NCBI RefSeq assembly: GCF_000010625.1
Contig: NC_010296.1
Span: forward strand, 1,290,001-1,322,000
DNA length: 32,000 nt
Source of the DNA: Microcystis aeruginosa NIES-843
GTDB lineage: Bacteria; Cyanobacteriota; Cyanobacteriia; Cyanobacteriales; Microcystaceae
Direction: 5' to 3'
Part shown: positions 1-11,278 of the stretch, piece by piece
How positions within the stretch are numbered: the stretch's first letter is position 1
How the letters are laid out: every line of letters begins with the position of its first letter
Translations under genes and position numbers: made by a program
The notes under the pieces: generated by a model
Database searches by the model: none
Told to the model about the DNA's origin: nothing
The model's input: only the letters and a program-made list of their open reading frames with translations

Positions 1-227
1 TAGACGTGGGGACAGAAGTATTAATTCAAGAAGCTTTAGAACAGATTTTAGTCAATCGTACTGCTATTATTATCGCCCATCGTCTCTCCACTATTCGCGA
101 TGTCGATCGAATTCTTGTCCTTAAACGCGGGGAATTAGTCGAATCGGGAACCCATGAAGATTTATTAACCGAAGACGGCCTCTACGCTAGTTTATATAAA
201 CTGCAAATGTTAGGCACAGATAGTTAA
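1..227 (+). CDS. ABC exporter (MsbA/ABCB-type) ATP-binding/permease protein, C-terminal fragment; the gene starts upstream of the window
   Basis: ORF 6..227 is open to the window edge. The sequence ...TAIIIAHRLSTIRDVDRILVLKRGELVESGTHEDLL... is the H-loop and C-terminal end of exporter-type ABC nucleotide-binding domains. Confidence 0.8.
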   Translation, partial: DVGTEVLIQEALEQILVNRTAIIIAHRLSTIRDVDRILVLKRGELVESGTHEDLLTEDGLYASLYKLQMLGTDS

Positions 228-418
228 CAGTTATCAGTGATCGGTTATCAGTTATCAGTTATCAGATTAAAGTGATAAGTGATAAGTTTTAAGTTTTAAA
301 TGATATTATTCGCCGATCAATCTTCACTAATTACTGTTTACTGATTACTGTTTACTGTTTACTGTTTACTGTTTACTGTTTACTGATCACTGACAAATCC
401 CCCACTTCCCACTTCTCA
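228..418. repeat. Composite STRR-type tandem repeat block: (TTATCAG)n, (GTGATAA)2, (TTTACTG)n, then CCCACTT units
   Basis: Read directly: cagttatcagtgatcggttatcagttatcagttatcag ... ctgtttactgtttactgtttactgtttactg ... cccacttcccacttc. It fills the whole spacer up to the ATG at 421. Confidence 0.9.
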
Positions 419-420
419 CA

Positions 421-1860
421 ATGCCTTCGCCAGAATCTGCTCCGCTATTATCACAACTGCAAAAAAAAGTCAATAGTTTAGATGTACCATTTTATGCACC
501 AGGGCATAAGCAGGGGGAAGGAATCGGGGAAGATTTAAGTAATTTACTGGGAAAAAGCGTCTTTAAAGCCGATTTACCCGAATTACCCGACCTTGATAAT
601 TTGTTTGCCCCGACGGGGGTGATTAAAGAAGCGCAAATTTTAGCAGCCGAGACATTTGGGGCAGATAAAAGCTGGTTTTTAGTCAATGGCTCCAGTTGTG
701 GCATTATTGCGGCGATTTTAGCCACTTGCGGCGAGGGAGATAAAATTATTTTGGCGAGAAATATTCATAAATCGGCAATTTCGGGCTTAATTCTCTCTGG
801 GGCGCAGCCTATCTTTATCAATCCCGAATATAATCCCACTATCGATCTAAATTTAAATATAACCCCCCAATCCCTCGAAAATGCCCTGAAACTTCATCCC
901 GACGCCAAAGCGGTGATGGTAGTCTCTCCCACCTATCAAGGGGTTTGCTGTGACTTAGAAACTATCGCCCAGATTACCGATCATTATTCTATCCCGCTGC
1001 TCGTCGATGAGGCTCACGGGGCGCATTTTGCCTTTCATCCCGATTTACCTCCGGCTGCCCTGTCTCTCGGCGCTGATATGGCTATTCAGTCCACCCATAA
1101 GGTTTTAGGGGCCTTAACTCAAGCATCAATGTTACACTTAAAAAGCGATCGCATTAGTTCCGAAAAAGTCGATCGAGCCTTACAATTAGTTCAAACCACT
1201 AGCCCTAGTTATTTGCTTCTCGCTTCCCTTGATAGTGCTAGAAAGCAAATGGCGACGCAAGGACTAGATTTACTGACCAAAACCCTCGATTTAGCCGCTT
1301 CGGCCCGAAAAGAACTCGATAAAATCCCTAATATCTCTGTTTTAGACTTTCCCCATTCTATCCCGGGTTGTCACTGGTTCGATCGCACTCGTTTAACGGT
1401 AATCGTCAAAGATTTTGGCTTAACTGGTTACGAAATAGACGATATTTTGCGAGAAAAATACGCCGTCACCGCAGAATTACCGACTTTAAGCCAACTTACT
1501 TTTATTATCTCCATCGGCAATCATCGCGAACACATTAATCGCCTAATTACTGCTTTTCAATGCCTTAAATCCCCTTCCTCTACCAGTTTACCCCCCACTC
1601 CTCCCCCAGTCACGGGAAATTTGGCTATTTCTCCTAGAAAGGCTTTTTTTGCCCCTACAGAGATAGTATCCCAGAAAAATGCCCTCGATCGTCTTAGTGC
1701 TGATGTTATCTGTCCCTATCCCCCCGGTATTCCCGTTTTGATGCCGGGAGAGTTAATTTCTCAGGAAATCCTCGACTATCTGCAAACTATTTTAGACCTC
1801 GGTGGCACGATTACCGGCGGTAGTGATGATAATTTAACTACTTTCAGGGTTTTAAAATAA
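421..1860 (+). CDS. PLP-dependent Orn/Lys/Arg decarboxylase family protein
   Basis: 479-aa ORF. It has the LVDEAHGAHF and IQSTHKVLGALTQASMLH (PLP-lysine S-x-H-K) blocks typical of the Orn/Lys/Arg decarboxylase major domain, and a C-terminal PYPPGIP block. Confidence 0.85.
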   Translation: MPSPESAPLLSQLQKKVNSLDVPFYAPGHKQGEGIGEDLSNLLGKSVFKADLPELPDLDNLFAPTGVIKEAQILAAETFGADKSWFLVNGSSCGIIAAILATCGEGDKIILARNIHKSAISGLILSGAQPIFINPEYNPTIDLNLNITPQSLENALKLHPDAKAVMVVSPTYQGVCCDLETIAQITDHYSIPLLVDEAHGAHFAFHPDLPPAALSLGADMAIQSTHKVLGALTQASMLHLKSDRISSEKVDRALQLVQTTSPSYLLLASLDSARKQMATQGLDLLTKTLDLAASARKELDKIPNISVLDFPHSIPGCHWFDRTRLTVIVKDFGLTGYEIDDILREKYAVTAELPTLSQLTFIISIGNHREHINRLITAFQCLKSPSSTSLPPTPPPVTGNLAISPRKAFFAPTEIVSQKNALDRLSADVICPYPPGIPVLMPGELISQEILDYLQTILDLGGTITGGSDDNLTTFRVLK

Positions 1861-3255
1861 TCGCAAAATTATCTGATATATTAACCGGAAAAAGGCGGTA
1901 ATAGCAATTGCTCCGATGGCTGCCATCACGGCAATGATAGCAATTTCAGGAAAATTTAGGCTTCCTTGCAGTTGCGAAAGAAAGAAGATGAGGGTGAGGG
2001 TAATTGCTGCTAGAATCGGTAAATCTCTCCCTTCAATCACTTTTTTAAATAATGCCAAAACTAAGCCACCTAAGATCATAAAAGCGATGACAATTCCTAG
2101 CGAGGGGAGTAAACTATTTAAGGCAATTACTAATAATGTCCCCTCAAATCCTGTAAAGGCAGCATTAGCGAAGGTTTCCCCAAGAGAAAAGCGGGAAGTT
2201 TTTCTAATCACTGGAGAAGCTGGAGGGGATGGAGGAATTGGGGAAGCTGGAGGAGATGGGGAAGATGGAGGAATTTGAGAAGCTGGAGGAGATGGGGGAG
2301 GTGTATTTAAAGCGGTTAAAACTTCTCCACAGGATTGAAATCTATCCAGGGGATTTGCTAGTAACATTTTATTGAATACTCTTGCTAAATCTGCACTGAT
2401 GTTGGGGGCATAATTTTGCCAATTCCAGACCTGTTTTTGGGGATCGTATAGATCATCAGGATCGCGATTAGTTAAGAGTATAACACAGGTAGCTGCTAGG
2501 GCATATAAATCTGTGGCTGCCGATACCTGATTGCCTAATTGTTGTTCGGGAGGAGCAAATCCAGCTGAGTAAATTGTTGTGGATTTCTCTTGTGTATTAC
2601 TAGGGTTATTGGTAGCCTGTTTTACTGCCCCAAAATCGAGTAAATAGAGGCGGCCATTTTGGGAGCGCATGATGTTAGATGGTTTTATATCCCGGTGAAT
2701 GGAACCATTTTCATGAATAAATTTGAGGATAAGAAGTAATTCTTTGAGAATGTTTTTGACTTCACTTTCTTGAAAGGGTTTTTGTTGCTGTTGGAGAATT
2801 TCTTCTAAGTTTTTACCGTCGATATATTCCTGGGCCAGATAGAAAAATTGCTCTTCTTTTCCCGTTAATTGATTCTTGACTGTTAAAGGGAAAAAAGCAT
2901 AGAGATCGGGGATTTGGGGATGTTCTCGTCCTAAATCTTCTAAAACGTGCGCTTCTTGAAAAAATAAATTTTTCGCTTTTTCTAAAGCTTGCGGACTTAA
3001 ATTACCGGAAGGTTGAAATTGTTTGAGTACACATTTAGCTTTTTTGGGACTATAACGATCTACTGCTAAAAATGCCGCCCCAAATCCTCCTTGTCCCAAT
3101 AGACGTTCTGGCAAATAACGTCCCCCTAAAATTAATGGCATCCCGCAAGTAGTACAATATTTCTGCTCGATCGAGGTTAAGCGATTGCTATCGTCTAGGT
3201 CTGGGCATTGATTACGCGGTCTCGGACAGTGGGGACGCGTACAAATAACTTCCAT
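1852..3255 (-). CDS. Ser/Thr protein kinase with N-terminal Cys-rich zinc-ribbon-like region, Pro/Ser-rich linker and C-terminal multi-helix membrane domain
   Basis: Hanks kinase motifs GQGGFGAAF, HRDIKPSN, DFG and APPE. The N-terminus has CxxxxC...CxxC, and the C-terminal ~110 aa are hydrophobic. The ORF track starts at a TTG (3303); I prefer the ATG at 3255 (MEVICTRPHC). Confidence 0.85.
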   Translation of the reverse strand: MEVICTRPHCPRPRNQCPDLDDSNRLTSIEQKYCTTCGMPLILGGRYLPERLLGQGGFGAAFLAVDRYSPKKAKCVLKQFQPSGNLSPQALEKAKNLFFQEAHVLEDLGREHPQIPDLYAFFPLTVKNQLTGKEEQFFYLAQEYIDGKNLEEILQQQQKPFQESEVKNILKELLLILKFIHENGSIHRDIKPSNIMRSQNGRLYLLDFGAVKQATNNPSNTQEKSTTIYSAGFAPPEQQLGNQVSAATDLYALAATCVILLTNRDPDDLYDPQKQVWNWQNYAPNISADLARVFNKMLLANPLDRFQSCGEVLTALNTPPPSPPASQIPPSSPSPPASPIPPSPPASPVIRKTSRFSLGETFANAAFTGFEGTLLVIALNSLLPSLGIVIAFMILGGLVLALFKKVIEGRDLPILAAITLTLIFFLSQLQGSLNFPEIAIIAVMAAIGAIAITAFFRLIYQIILRLF

Positions 3256-3485
3256 AGTCACCGTTTCCCGTGGTACTGCTCTTAGTTTAGCTACTACCGG
3301 CAATTCGGGTTAAAATTTTTATTCTTAAGAAAGAGTTAAAAAGAGCGTTCGTAGGCCGACACGGATTGCCATTATACTACAAGGTTAGCAGAAATTTTGG
3401 AGTTTGTCAAGTCTTTGGCTGAAAAAAATTCAGCCAGATCTAGCGGTTATCTTCATGGTGGAGTGGGAAGTCTCGGCGCTTTTCT

Positions 3486-3839
3486 TTAGTTGAATGAGCG
3501 TGCCAGACGATTAACCCCGGTGTGTAATAACTGTTCCAAGCTTTGGCGATCGCTGATGGCTTGAAGATTGATCACAAAACAGGTTAAACCCAGTCCAAAG
3601 AGGATAAAAGTGGGGGCCATAACCACACCAATCATCAACCAGGTGGCGACGTGGAGAAACATGGTGATAGCGAACAACAAAGCTAGGGAAGCAATGGGGA
3701 AGATTTGACGGGTAGGACGACCGAAATAGAGAAAAAGAACTGTTAAAACGGTGGTTACTAAGTTAGCGGGTACTAAAAAGGCACAAATCGAGACGCAATA
3801 GTTGCGGGAAAATTCAGCGAGGGTATTAAAATCTATCAT
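3486..3839 (-). CDS. Hypothetical small integral membrane protein (about 3-4 predicted helices)
   Basis: 117-aa ORF with long hydrophobic stretches and no competing ORF. I recognise no family. Confidence 0.55.
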   Translation of the reverse strand: MIDFNTLAEFSRNYCVSICAFLVPANLVTTVLTVLFLYFGRPTRQIFPIASLALLFAITMFLHVATWLMIGVVMAPTFILFGLGLTCFVINLQAISDRQSLEQLLHTGVNRLARSFN

Positions 3840-3956
3840 TAATATTACTTTACAATTGCCTGAGTCTTAGTACTCTCGATTGTAGCGGAAAATTTACATG
3901 ATCGGCATGAAGGTGACTAAAGGCTGTGGTGCAATAGATTTTCGAGAGGGAGCTAA

Positions 3957-5711
<1,755 letters not shown>

Positions 5712-5792
5712 GGTTCGCCGGTTCTATTGGCTCAAAATCTGGTTTTTTGGGGGGAAACCCCCGAAAATTTCTCATATTACCCCCAGTTTGTC

Positions 5793-6110
5793 CTAGGGTT
5801 TCCCGAATTGACGTTGATAAACTACTTCTTCCTTGCCAGATTCCAGTTTAATATCGGAGCGAGGATAGGCCACACATAACAAAGCATAGCCTTCTTTTTG
5901 CAGGTCGGGGGATAATCCCATGCCCTCACCTTGTTCGACGCTACCCTGGGAAAGTTGAGCGGCGCAGGTAGTACATACGCCCGCATTGCAAGAACTGGGT
6001 AAGTCAATCCCCGCATCGTAGGCCGCCTGTAGTATAGTTTGATCTTCCCTAACTTCGATCGTTTGTGTGGTTCCTAAATGAGAAATTTCTACTTTGTAGG
6101 TTGTGGTCAT
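5793..6110 (-). CDS. Plant-type [2Fe-2S] ferredoxin
   Basis: 105 aa. The cluster ligand pattern is SCNAGVCTTCA...LLCVAYP (C-x4-C-x2-C...C), and the fold-typical N-terminus is TYKVEI. Confidence 0.9.
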   Translation of the reverse strand: MTTTYKVEISHLGTTQTIEVREDQTILQAAYDAGIDLPSSCNAGVCTTCAAQLSQGSVEQGEGMGLSPDLQKEGYALLCVAYPRSDIKLESGKEEVVYQRQFGKP

Positions 6111-6283
6111 AGCTAATGAATGATGCTTTGAACTTCACCTATTTTATCATTCTAGATTGCGGATAGAGGAGAGAGGGGGGAAATCTTTACCTAATCAGAT
6201 TTTCACCGGTCGGCAGATAATTGATTGTCATGAAAGATGATAAGTAGGTAGGCGTTAAAAATTATCAGACACCACCCTTATCA

Positions 6284-6361
6284 ACGGGGGACTAAGGGTA
6301 GGGTTGATTCATGAATCAACCCTACTATGAATCAACCCTAGTACTAAGGGGGTATCGAACC
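6284..6361. repeat. MITE-like small repeat containing a 26-nt perfect palindrome
   Basis: TAGGGTTGATTCATGAATCAACCCTA (6299-6324) is a perfect palindrome, followed by a direct re-iteration ATGAATCAACCCTAG. The ends ACGGGGGACTAAGG... and ...GGGGGTATCGAACC recur at 18764-18904. Confidence 0.6.
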
Positions 6362-6501
6362 TAAAAACTATTTTTAATTTAATTATAACCAGCTACTTAA
6401 AGTCCTCAAAAGTAGTAACTTTTTCTGGCAATTTGTCCTGTAGTTAAAACAAACAAAAGAGAGAAATAAATTCTCTCTTCTGCAACCGAGGGGAAGTTAT
6501 T

Positions 6502-6699
6502 CTATTTGTAATTGGCTCTCGTGTCTTTAACCGCCGCCCAAAAAAATAGGGCTGTTAATGGTACACTTGCCGCTAGAATTAGGCCAGTGGTGGTATTGCC
6601 TAAATCCGGTTCTCCCGAACTAATTTCAAAGACACAACCCACACCAGCGATCGCTGCAATACAGGATAATAACAATAAAACGCCGCTTTTCGGGGTCAT
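6502..6699 (-). CDS. Hypothetical small membrane protein (two hydrophobic helices), probably co-transcribed with def
   Basis: GAGGAG lies 5 nt upstream of the ATG at 6699. It has two hydrophobic segments, is on the same strand as def and sits 31 nt downstream of it. The overlapping + strand ORF 6512..6721 has no such support. Confidence 0.5.
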   Translation of the reverse strand: MTPKSGVLLLLSCIAAIAGVGCVFEISSGEPDLGNTTTGLILAASVPLTALFFWAAVKDTRANYK

Positions 6700-6730
6700 C
6701 TTCACTCCTCACCTAAATTAACTAATGCCT

Positions 6731-7303
6731 TTATTTTGTCACTTTCTCGACCGGTTTCACCGCTTGCACGGAAAAACCGTGTTTTTTTAATTCTTCATTG
6801 AGTGCCAAATCGTTATCTACTCTGTCCACGAACATGACACCATTAAGATGGTCCATTTCGTGTTGAATTACCCGCGCTAGTAAACCGTTAGCTTGCAGTT
6901 TTCGCGGTTTCCCCTGTTCATCTTTATAACTCACTTCGATCGCTTGGGGACGGATGACATCTAAAAACACATCGGGAATACTCAAACAACCCTCTTCCGC
7001 TTTGCACAATTCCCGACTATAACCGATAATTTGGGGATTAATCAGAATTAGGGGCGGATTTTCCGGTTTATCGTGTTCACAATCGATGACAATCAATTGT
7101 TTATTGACTGCCACTTGCGGAGCCGCTAAACCGATACCATTGGAACTATACATAGTTTGCAGCATTTCTCTGGCTAATTGGCGGATGCTGTCATCGACTT
7201 TAGCAATCCGCTTGGCCGGTTGACGCAGGACTCGATCGCCGAGATAATGCAGTTCTAAAGGGGGTTTTTCTAATTTGCGTTTTTCTACGGTAATAGTGGC
7301 GCT
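6731..7303 (-). CDS. def: Peptide deformylase
   Basis: All three signature motifs are present: GIGLAAPQ, EGCLSIP and QHEMDHLNG. The start is chosen at MSATITVE (7303); the ORF-track start at 7333 adds 10 aa. Confidence 0.93.
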   Translation of the reverse strand, partial: SATITVEKRKLEKPPLELHYLGDRVLRQPAKRIAKVDDSIRQLAREMLQTMYSSNGIGLAAPQVAVNKQLIVIDCEHDKPENPPLILINPQIIGYSRELCKAEEGCLSIPDVFLDVIRPQAIEVSYKDEQGKPRKLQANGLLARVIQHEMDHLNGVMFVDRVDNDLALNEELKKHGFSVQAVKPVEKVTK

Positions 7304-7440
7304 CATAAACTTAATTATCGATGGGATGCACAATTTTGATCTTAGTCACTGGCTCTGGGGGATTTCTCAGGAAAAGGGAGAAAAAAACCCAGACCCTTCA
7401 TAAAATTTTACACCGCTCACAGACAGTTCGTCCATATCAG

Positions 7441-7537
7441 GGGGTGGGAAGTGGGGGAGTGGGGAGATTTTTCAGTTATCAGTAAGCAGTAAACAGTAAT
7501 CCGTGGGGGAGTGGGGAGAAGGGAGAAGGGAGAAAAA
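7441..7537. repeat. Composite STRR block (G-rich GGGGAGT/GGGAGAA units, TTATCAG, CAGTAAA)
   Basis: Read directly: ggggtgggaagtgggggagtggggag...cagttatcagtaagcagtaaacagtaat...gggggagtggggagaagggagaagggag. The unit families match those at 228-418, partly in inverted orientation. Confidence 0.85.
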
Positions 7538-7553
7538 AGCTGATTGCAACCGG

Positions 7554-8951
7554 CTACTTATTAGTAATTGGTATTCCTAGCCATTGGCTTAATTCCGCTG
7601 CTAACCATTCAATTTCGGGTTGACTCAGATATTCTTTTGTTTTACTGCTAATAGTATATTCTTTAGTCCCCACCCAAATAGTTAAAGCCATCGGTACATA
7701 AACTTGATCGCCATCACCATCTTTGCTATGATAACCATCAGCTTTCACCAGTTTATTAATATGTTGCCGTGCCATTTTATTTTTGCCCGGAAGTGTCAAA
7801 CCCCAAATTCGCTGAATGGCAACAATTTCTTGACTATCAATAGTGATAATTTCCTCCCCTTTGAGACAATAAATAATCTGGTAAAGCATTCCTAAACCCA
7901 CAAACCAAAAAGGCAAGGAAAAGAGCAGAAAAAACCAACTTATCCACAGAGGAATGGAAACTGCTCCTCCTGTCCATACTAATAAAAAAGCGTTCCAAGC
8001 GATGGCAAAGGCTCCAAGAAAAATTAATTTAGGGGTAAAACCTTCGGGAGGTAAAGATATTTTAATTTTCTCCTCGCTTTTTTGCAACTGTACCCGACTC
8101 CCTGCGGGTTTTTCAAGGTTCGAGGCAGTTAATTGAATTTCGTGGAGAGTATTTAAAGCTTGATTTGCTGCTTGTGCTGAAATAAACCTTTTCTCGAGAC
8201 TAGGTTCAAGTAATTGCCCTAACCAATGAACAAAAGCAGGGCTTAAATTGGCTAAATTATTTAATTGAATCTTGCCATCTTTTTGGGGTAAATCGGCGGG
8301 ATGAATGCCTGTAGCTAGATAGATTAAAGTGGCTCCTAAACTGTATAAATCAGAAGCGGCAACGGTGCGACCACCGAATTGTTCGGGGGGCATATAACCG
8401 TAGGTTCCGACAATAGTTAAAGTGGCCTGTTCCTGTTGGGCAACAGTCTGGACAGAACCAAAATCAATTAAATAAACATTGCCGATACTATGGCCCGAGC
8501 GATCTTTTAATAAGATATTACTAGGTTTCAAATCCCGGTGGATAATTGGCGGATTAAGTCCATGGAGATAAATTAAAATACCTAGGATAGATTTAGCTAA
8601 TTCTTGTAGGTCTGCTTCAGTAAATTTGCGACCGGTTTCTACCTGTTCCTTGAGAGATTTAGCCTCGATATAACTCTGAACAAGGGCAAAACCTTGATAG
8701 GTATCGGTGCGAACTTCAAAATAGTCGATATATTCAGGAATCGAGCGACAATCTAGATGTTTAAGAGTTTCGGCTTCCCGTTTAAAAAGTTTTAAATCTG
8801 TCCATTCAAAATCGGGACTGAAGATTAATAATTTGACGACAACAGTAGCGCCCGTTTTTAGATCTTGGGCGAGAAAAGTGCGTCTTCCGGTTTGTTTACC
8901 TAACTGACTTTGGATTTGGTATCGATCGCCTAAAATTTGCCCTGGCAGCAT
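7554..8951 (-). CDS. Ser/Thr protein kinase with C-terminal transmembrane and extracytoplasmic domain
   Basis: Kinase motifs VVVKLL (Lys), HRDLKPSN, DFG, GYMPPE. Two or three hydrophobic helices follow (IFLGAFAIAWNAFLLVW..., WFFLLFSLPFWFVGLGMLY). Confidence 0.85.
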   Translation of the reverse strand: MLPGQILGDRYQIQSQLGKQTGRRTFLAQDLKTGATVVVKLLIFSPDFEWTDLKLFKREAETLKHLDCRSIPEYIDYFEVRTDTYQGFALVQSYIEAKSLKEQVETGRKFTEADLQELAKSILGILIYLHGLNPPIIHRDLKPSNILLKDRSGHSIGNVYLIDFGSVQTVAQQEQATLTIVGTYGYMPPEQFGGRTVAASDLYSLGATLIYLATGIHPADLPQKDGKIQLNNLANLSPAFVHWLGQLLEPSLEKRFISAQAANQALNTLHEIQLTASNLEKPAGSRVQLQKSEEKIKISLPPEGFTPKLIFLGAFAIAWNAFLLVWTGGAVSIPLWISWFFLLFSLPFWFVGLGMLYQIIYCLKGEEIITIDSQEIVAIQRIWGLTLPGKNKMARQHINKLVKADGYHSKDGDGDQVYVPMALTIWVGTKEYTISSKTKEYLSQPEIEWLAAELSQWLGIPITNK

Positions 8952-9361
8952 ACAATATATTCCTAGGATAATCCTAATTCTAGGCTAATCGAGAAATTTC
9001 TCAACCGCAAGCTAACAAAACGGAAGTTTGACCGAATCATCAAAACTTTAGCGTCTCCCAGGATAACTGCGGCGAAATTCAATTGTATCGCCCGTTTTTC
9101 GCCAATTCCTGGACTGGGCTGAGGGATGTATTTTTTCAGGTTAAAAGAGAAAATAGGCATCAGAAAAGAAAATTGGCCCATCTCCGTCTGGGAAATTTTA
9201 GTACAAATGTTCAGACTGTCAACTCCGGTGCTGCCATGCAGTCTGAAGGAGTAATTTAGATAGTCAACAGCTTAGTGTACAAGGGAGCAGCCAGTTTAAT
9301 TCCCATCGAGGTGGAGTTTCCTGATATAGTTTTAAAAGCAGTCGGTTCAAGACAAAAAGAC

Positions 9362-10291
9362 ATGGTTACTAGGGGCGAACAAGGGGTAGAAGTGAGGAAA
9401 AACGAGAGCTTTTCTCTGGCTTCCTATCTGGAGGAAAAGCGGTTAATTGTCGAGTCAGCTTTAGATAGCTCTTTAGTTATCGGCAATCCTGCCAAAATCT
9501 ACGAGGCGATGCGCTATTCTCTCCTCGCTGGCGGCAAACGTCTGCGGCCGATTTTATGTCTGGCTACCTGTGAATTGATGGGGGGTTCCCTAGAGATGGC
9601 TTTACCCACCGCTTGCGCCCTGGAAATGATTCACACTATGTCATTAATTCATGACGATTTACCCGCCATGGATAACGATGATTACCGACGCGGGAAATTA
9701 ACCAATCATAAGGTTTTTGGCGAAGATATCGCTATTTTAGCCGGGGATGGTCTCCTAGCCTACGCTTTCGAGTATGTGGCTACCCAGACTCGTAATGTAC
9801 CTCCCCTACAGATTTTAGAGGTAATTGCCCGTTTAGGTCGCACTGTCGGGGCAGCGGGTTTAGTGGGAGGTCAGGTTTTAGACTTGGAATCCGCAGGAAA
9901 ACCCGATATTTCGGCAGAAACTCTCGGTTTTATCCATACTCAGAAAACGGGGGCCTTGTTGGAGACTTCTGTGGTGTCGGGGGCAGTTTTAGCGGGGGCA
10001 AAAGCGGAAGATATAGCTAAATTAGCCCGTTATGCCCAAAATATTGGCTTGGCTTTCCAAATTATCGATGATGTTCTCGATATCACGGCGACAAAGGAGG
10101 AATTGGGCAAAACCGCCGGTAAGGATCTACAGGCACAAAAAGCCACCTATCCTAGTCTCTGGGGGATAGAAGAGTCCCGCCAGCAAGCTCAACAGTTAAT
10201 AGATAGTGCCATCGGTGAATTGAGTGGCTACGATGAGGCCGCTGAACCTTTACGGGCCATCGCCGAGTATATTGTTAATCGTAAAAATTAA
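9362..10291 (+). CDS. crtE: Geranylgeranyl diphosphate synthase (trans-polyprenyl diphosphate synthase family)
   Basis: First Asp-rich motif [17 protein letters not shown] and second motif QIIDDVLD. A length of about 309 aa from the ATG at 9362 fits the family; the ORF-track GTG at 9275 adds 29 aa. Confidence 0.88.
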   Translation: MVTRGEQGVEVRKNESFSLASYLEEKRLIVESALDSSLVIGNPAKIYEAMRYSLLAGGKRLRPILCLATCELMGGSLEMALPTACALEMIHTMSLIHDDLPAMDNDDYRRGKLTNHKVFGEDIAILAGDGLLAYAFEYVATQTRNVPPLQILEVIARLGRTVGAAGLVGGQVLDLESAGKPDISAETLGFIHTQKTGALLETSVVSGAVLAGAKAEDIAKLARYAQNIGLAFQIIDDVLDITATKEELGKTAGKDLQAQKATYPSLWGIEESRQQAQQLIDSAIGELSGYDEAAEPLRAIAEYIVNRKN

Positions 10292-10308
10292 ATTAAACGA
10301 ATGAGATT

Positions 10309-10761
10309 ATGCAGGACTTCGAGCAGGTGTTACACAATCAAATACTGCTAGTCTCTCTTTTAGCTTGTTTCACTGCCCAGGGATTAAAAGCGCTGATTGA
10401 GTTAATCCGCGATGGTAAGGTGAGTCTGCGCTATCTAGTCTCGTCGGGAGGAATGCCTAGCGCTCACTCGGCGCTGGTGGGGGCCTTGGCTACTGGGGTA
10501 GGATTACAGATGGGTTGGTCTAGTCCCGAATTTGCGATTGCGGCGCTTTTTGCGGTTATTGTTATGTATGATGCGGCTGGAGTGCGTCAGGCAGCAGGAA
10601 AACAGGCCCGGATTCTCAATCAAATTATCGATGAAATGTTCCAGGAGGGCAAGGAATTTAACGAGGAACGTTTAAAGGAATTAATTGGTCATACTCCTTT
10701 TCAAGTGCTGGTCGGTTTAAGTTTGGGTATCGGTATCGCCATGGTGCTGCTCTGTCATTAA
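10309..10761 (+). CDS. Divergent PAP2 / acid-phosphatase-vanadium-haloperoxidase-related membrane protein (DUF212 family)
   Basis: 150 aa with the GGMPSAHSA and MYDAAGVR blocks characteristic of that family. It lies immediately downstream of crtE on the same strand. Confidence 0.75.
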   Translation: MQDFEQVLHNQILLVSLLACFTAQGLKALIELIRDGKVSLRYLVSSGGMPSAHSALVGALATGVGLQMGWSSPEFAIAALFAVIVMYDAAGVRQAAGKQARILNQIIDEMFQEGKEFNEERLKELIGHTPFQVLVGLSLGIGIAMVLLCH

Positions 10762-10825
10762 TTGAGGTGTTTTCTGGGGTTGAGATAAACTAGATTTAAT
10801 ACCTGAAAATCCGGGGTAATCACTC

Positions 10826-10909
10826 ATGTTACAATCCCTAAAAATTGAGGGCTTTTGCGGTTTTCAAAGTTTTGAGATGGCCAATCTTGGTACGCCAATT
10901 CAAATTTGA
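10826..10909 (+). pseudogene. Relic of the N-terminus of an AAA_15/OLD-type (abortive-infection-like) ATPase
   Basis: ATG at 10826 gives MLQSLKIEGFCGFQSFEMANLGTPIQI*. The pattern hxSLxIEgFxgFxxxxh..LG matches the conserved start of that ATPase family just before its Walker A, but the frame stops before any P-loop. Confidence 0.3.
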
Positions 10910-11039
10910 AACGCATCAGCAGCAATGTTTGAGATAGAGGCAAAAAGTAATCAAAGTTACAGGAATCCACTCAACAAAGTGCTGATAACTGGGTAAATTG
11001 GCACAAGCATCGCTCCAGTATTCAGCTACATGGTCTAAA

Positions 11040-11278
11040 TAGGGTTTGCTGAAAAAGTTTGTTGGTGGGGTTAGGAGTCGGTCGTCAGGAGTCTCCGAGT
11101 CAGGAGTCGGGAGTTTCAGGCTTTGTTGCCCTCTCTTTTTGTACCAACTTATGTACTACAAGAAGGATAATGCAAGGTTTTTGATGGTCCCAATCCGATT
11201 TTCGCAGCATGAACATCGGATTTTAACAGGTCAAAAGCCTTATTTTAAAAGGGTTTTACCATTATTCAGCAAACCCTA
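11040..11278. mobile_element. MITE (about 235 bp, non-autonomous) with 12-bp perfect terminal inverted repeats and TA flanks
   Basis: GGGTTTGCTGAA (11042-11053) and TTCAGCAAACCC (11265-11276) are perfect inverted repeats, each flanked by TA. The interior has GAGTC-type tandem units and a hairpin ATCCGAT...ATCGGAT. It has no credible coding capacity. Confidence 0.65.

Noticed and set aside
228-418. Tandem arrays here and at 7441-7537, 20359-20456, 21238-21297 and 31512-31640, considered as CRISPR arrays
   Set aside because: The units are 7-8 nt and directly abutting, with no unique spacers and no 25-40 nt repeats. No cas genes are present in the window. These are STRR-type microsatellites.
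5712-5792. GGGGGG-aaa-CCCCC hairpin between convergent pyrG and the ferredoxin gene, and the GGCTGAA-aaaaa-TTCAGCC hairpin at about 3417-3437, considered as intrinsic terminators
   Set aside because: The stems are short, and the T-runs are in the loop or precede the stem rather than following it on the relevant strand. This is not convincing without transcript 3'-end data.
8963-9181. 72-aa ORF in the kinase-crtE divergent spacer
   Set aside because: It has no motif support and a low-complexity, odd composition. It occupies what is more plausibly the divergent promoter region.
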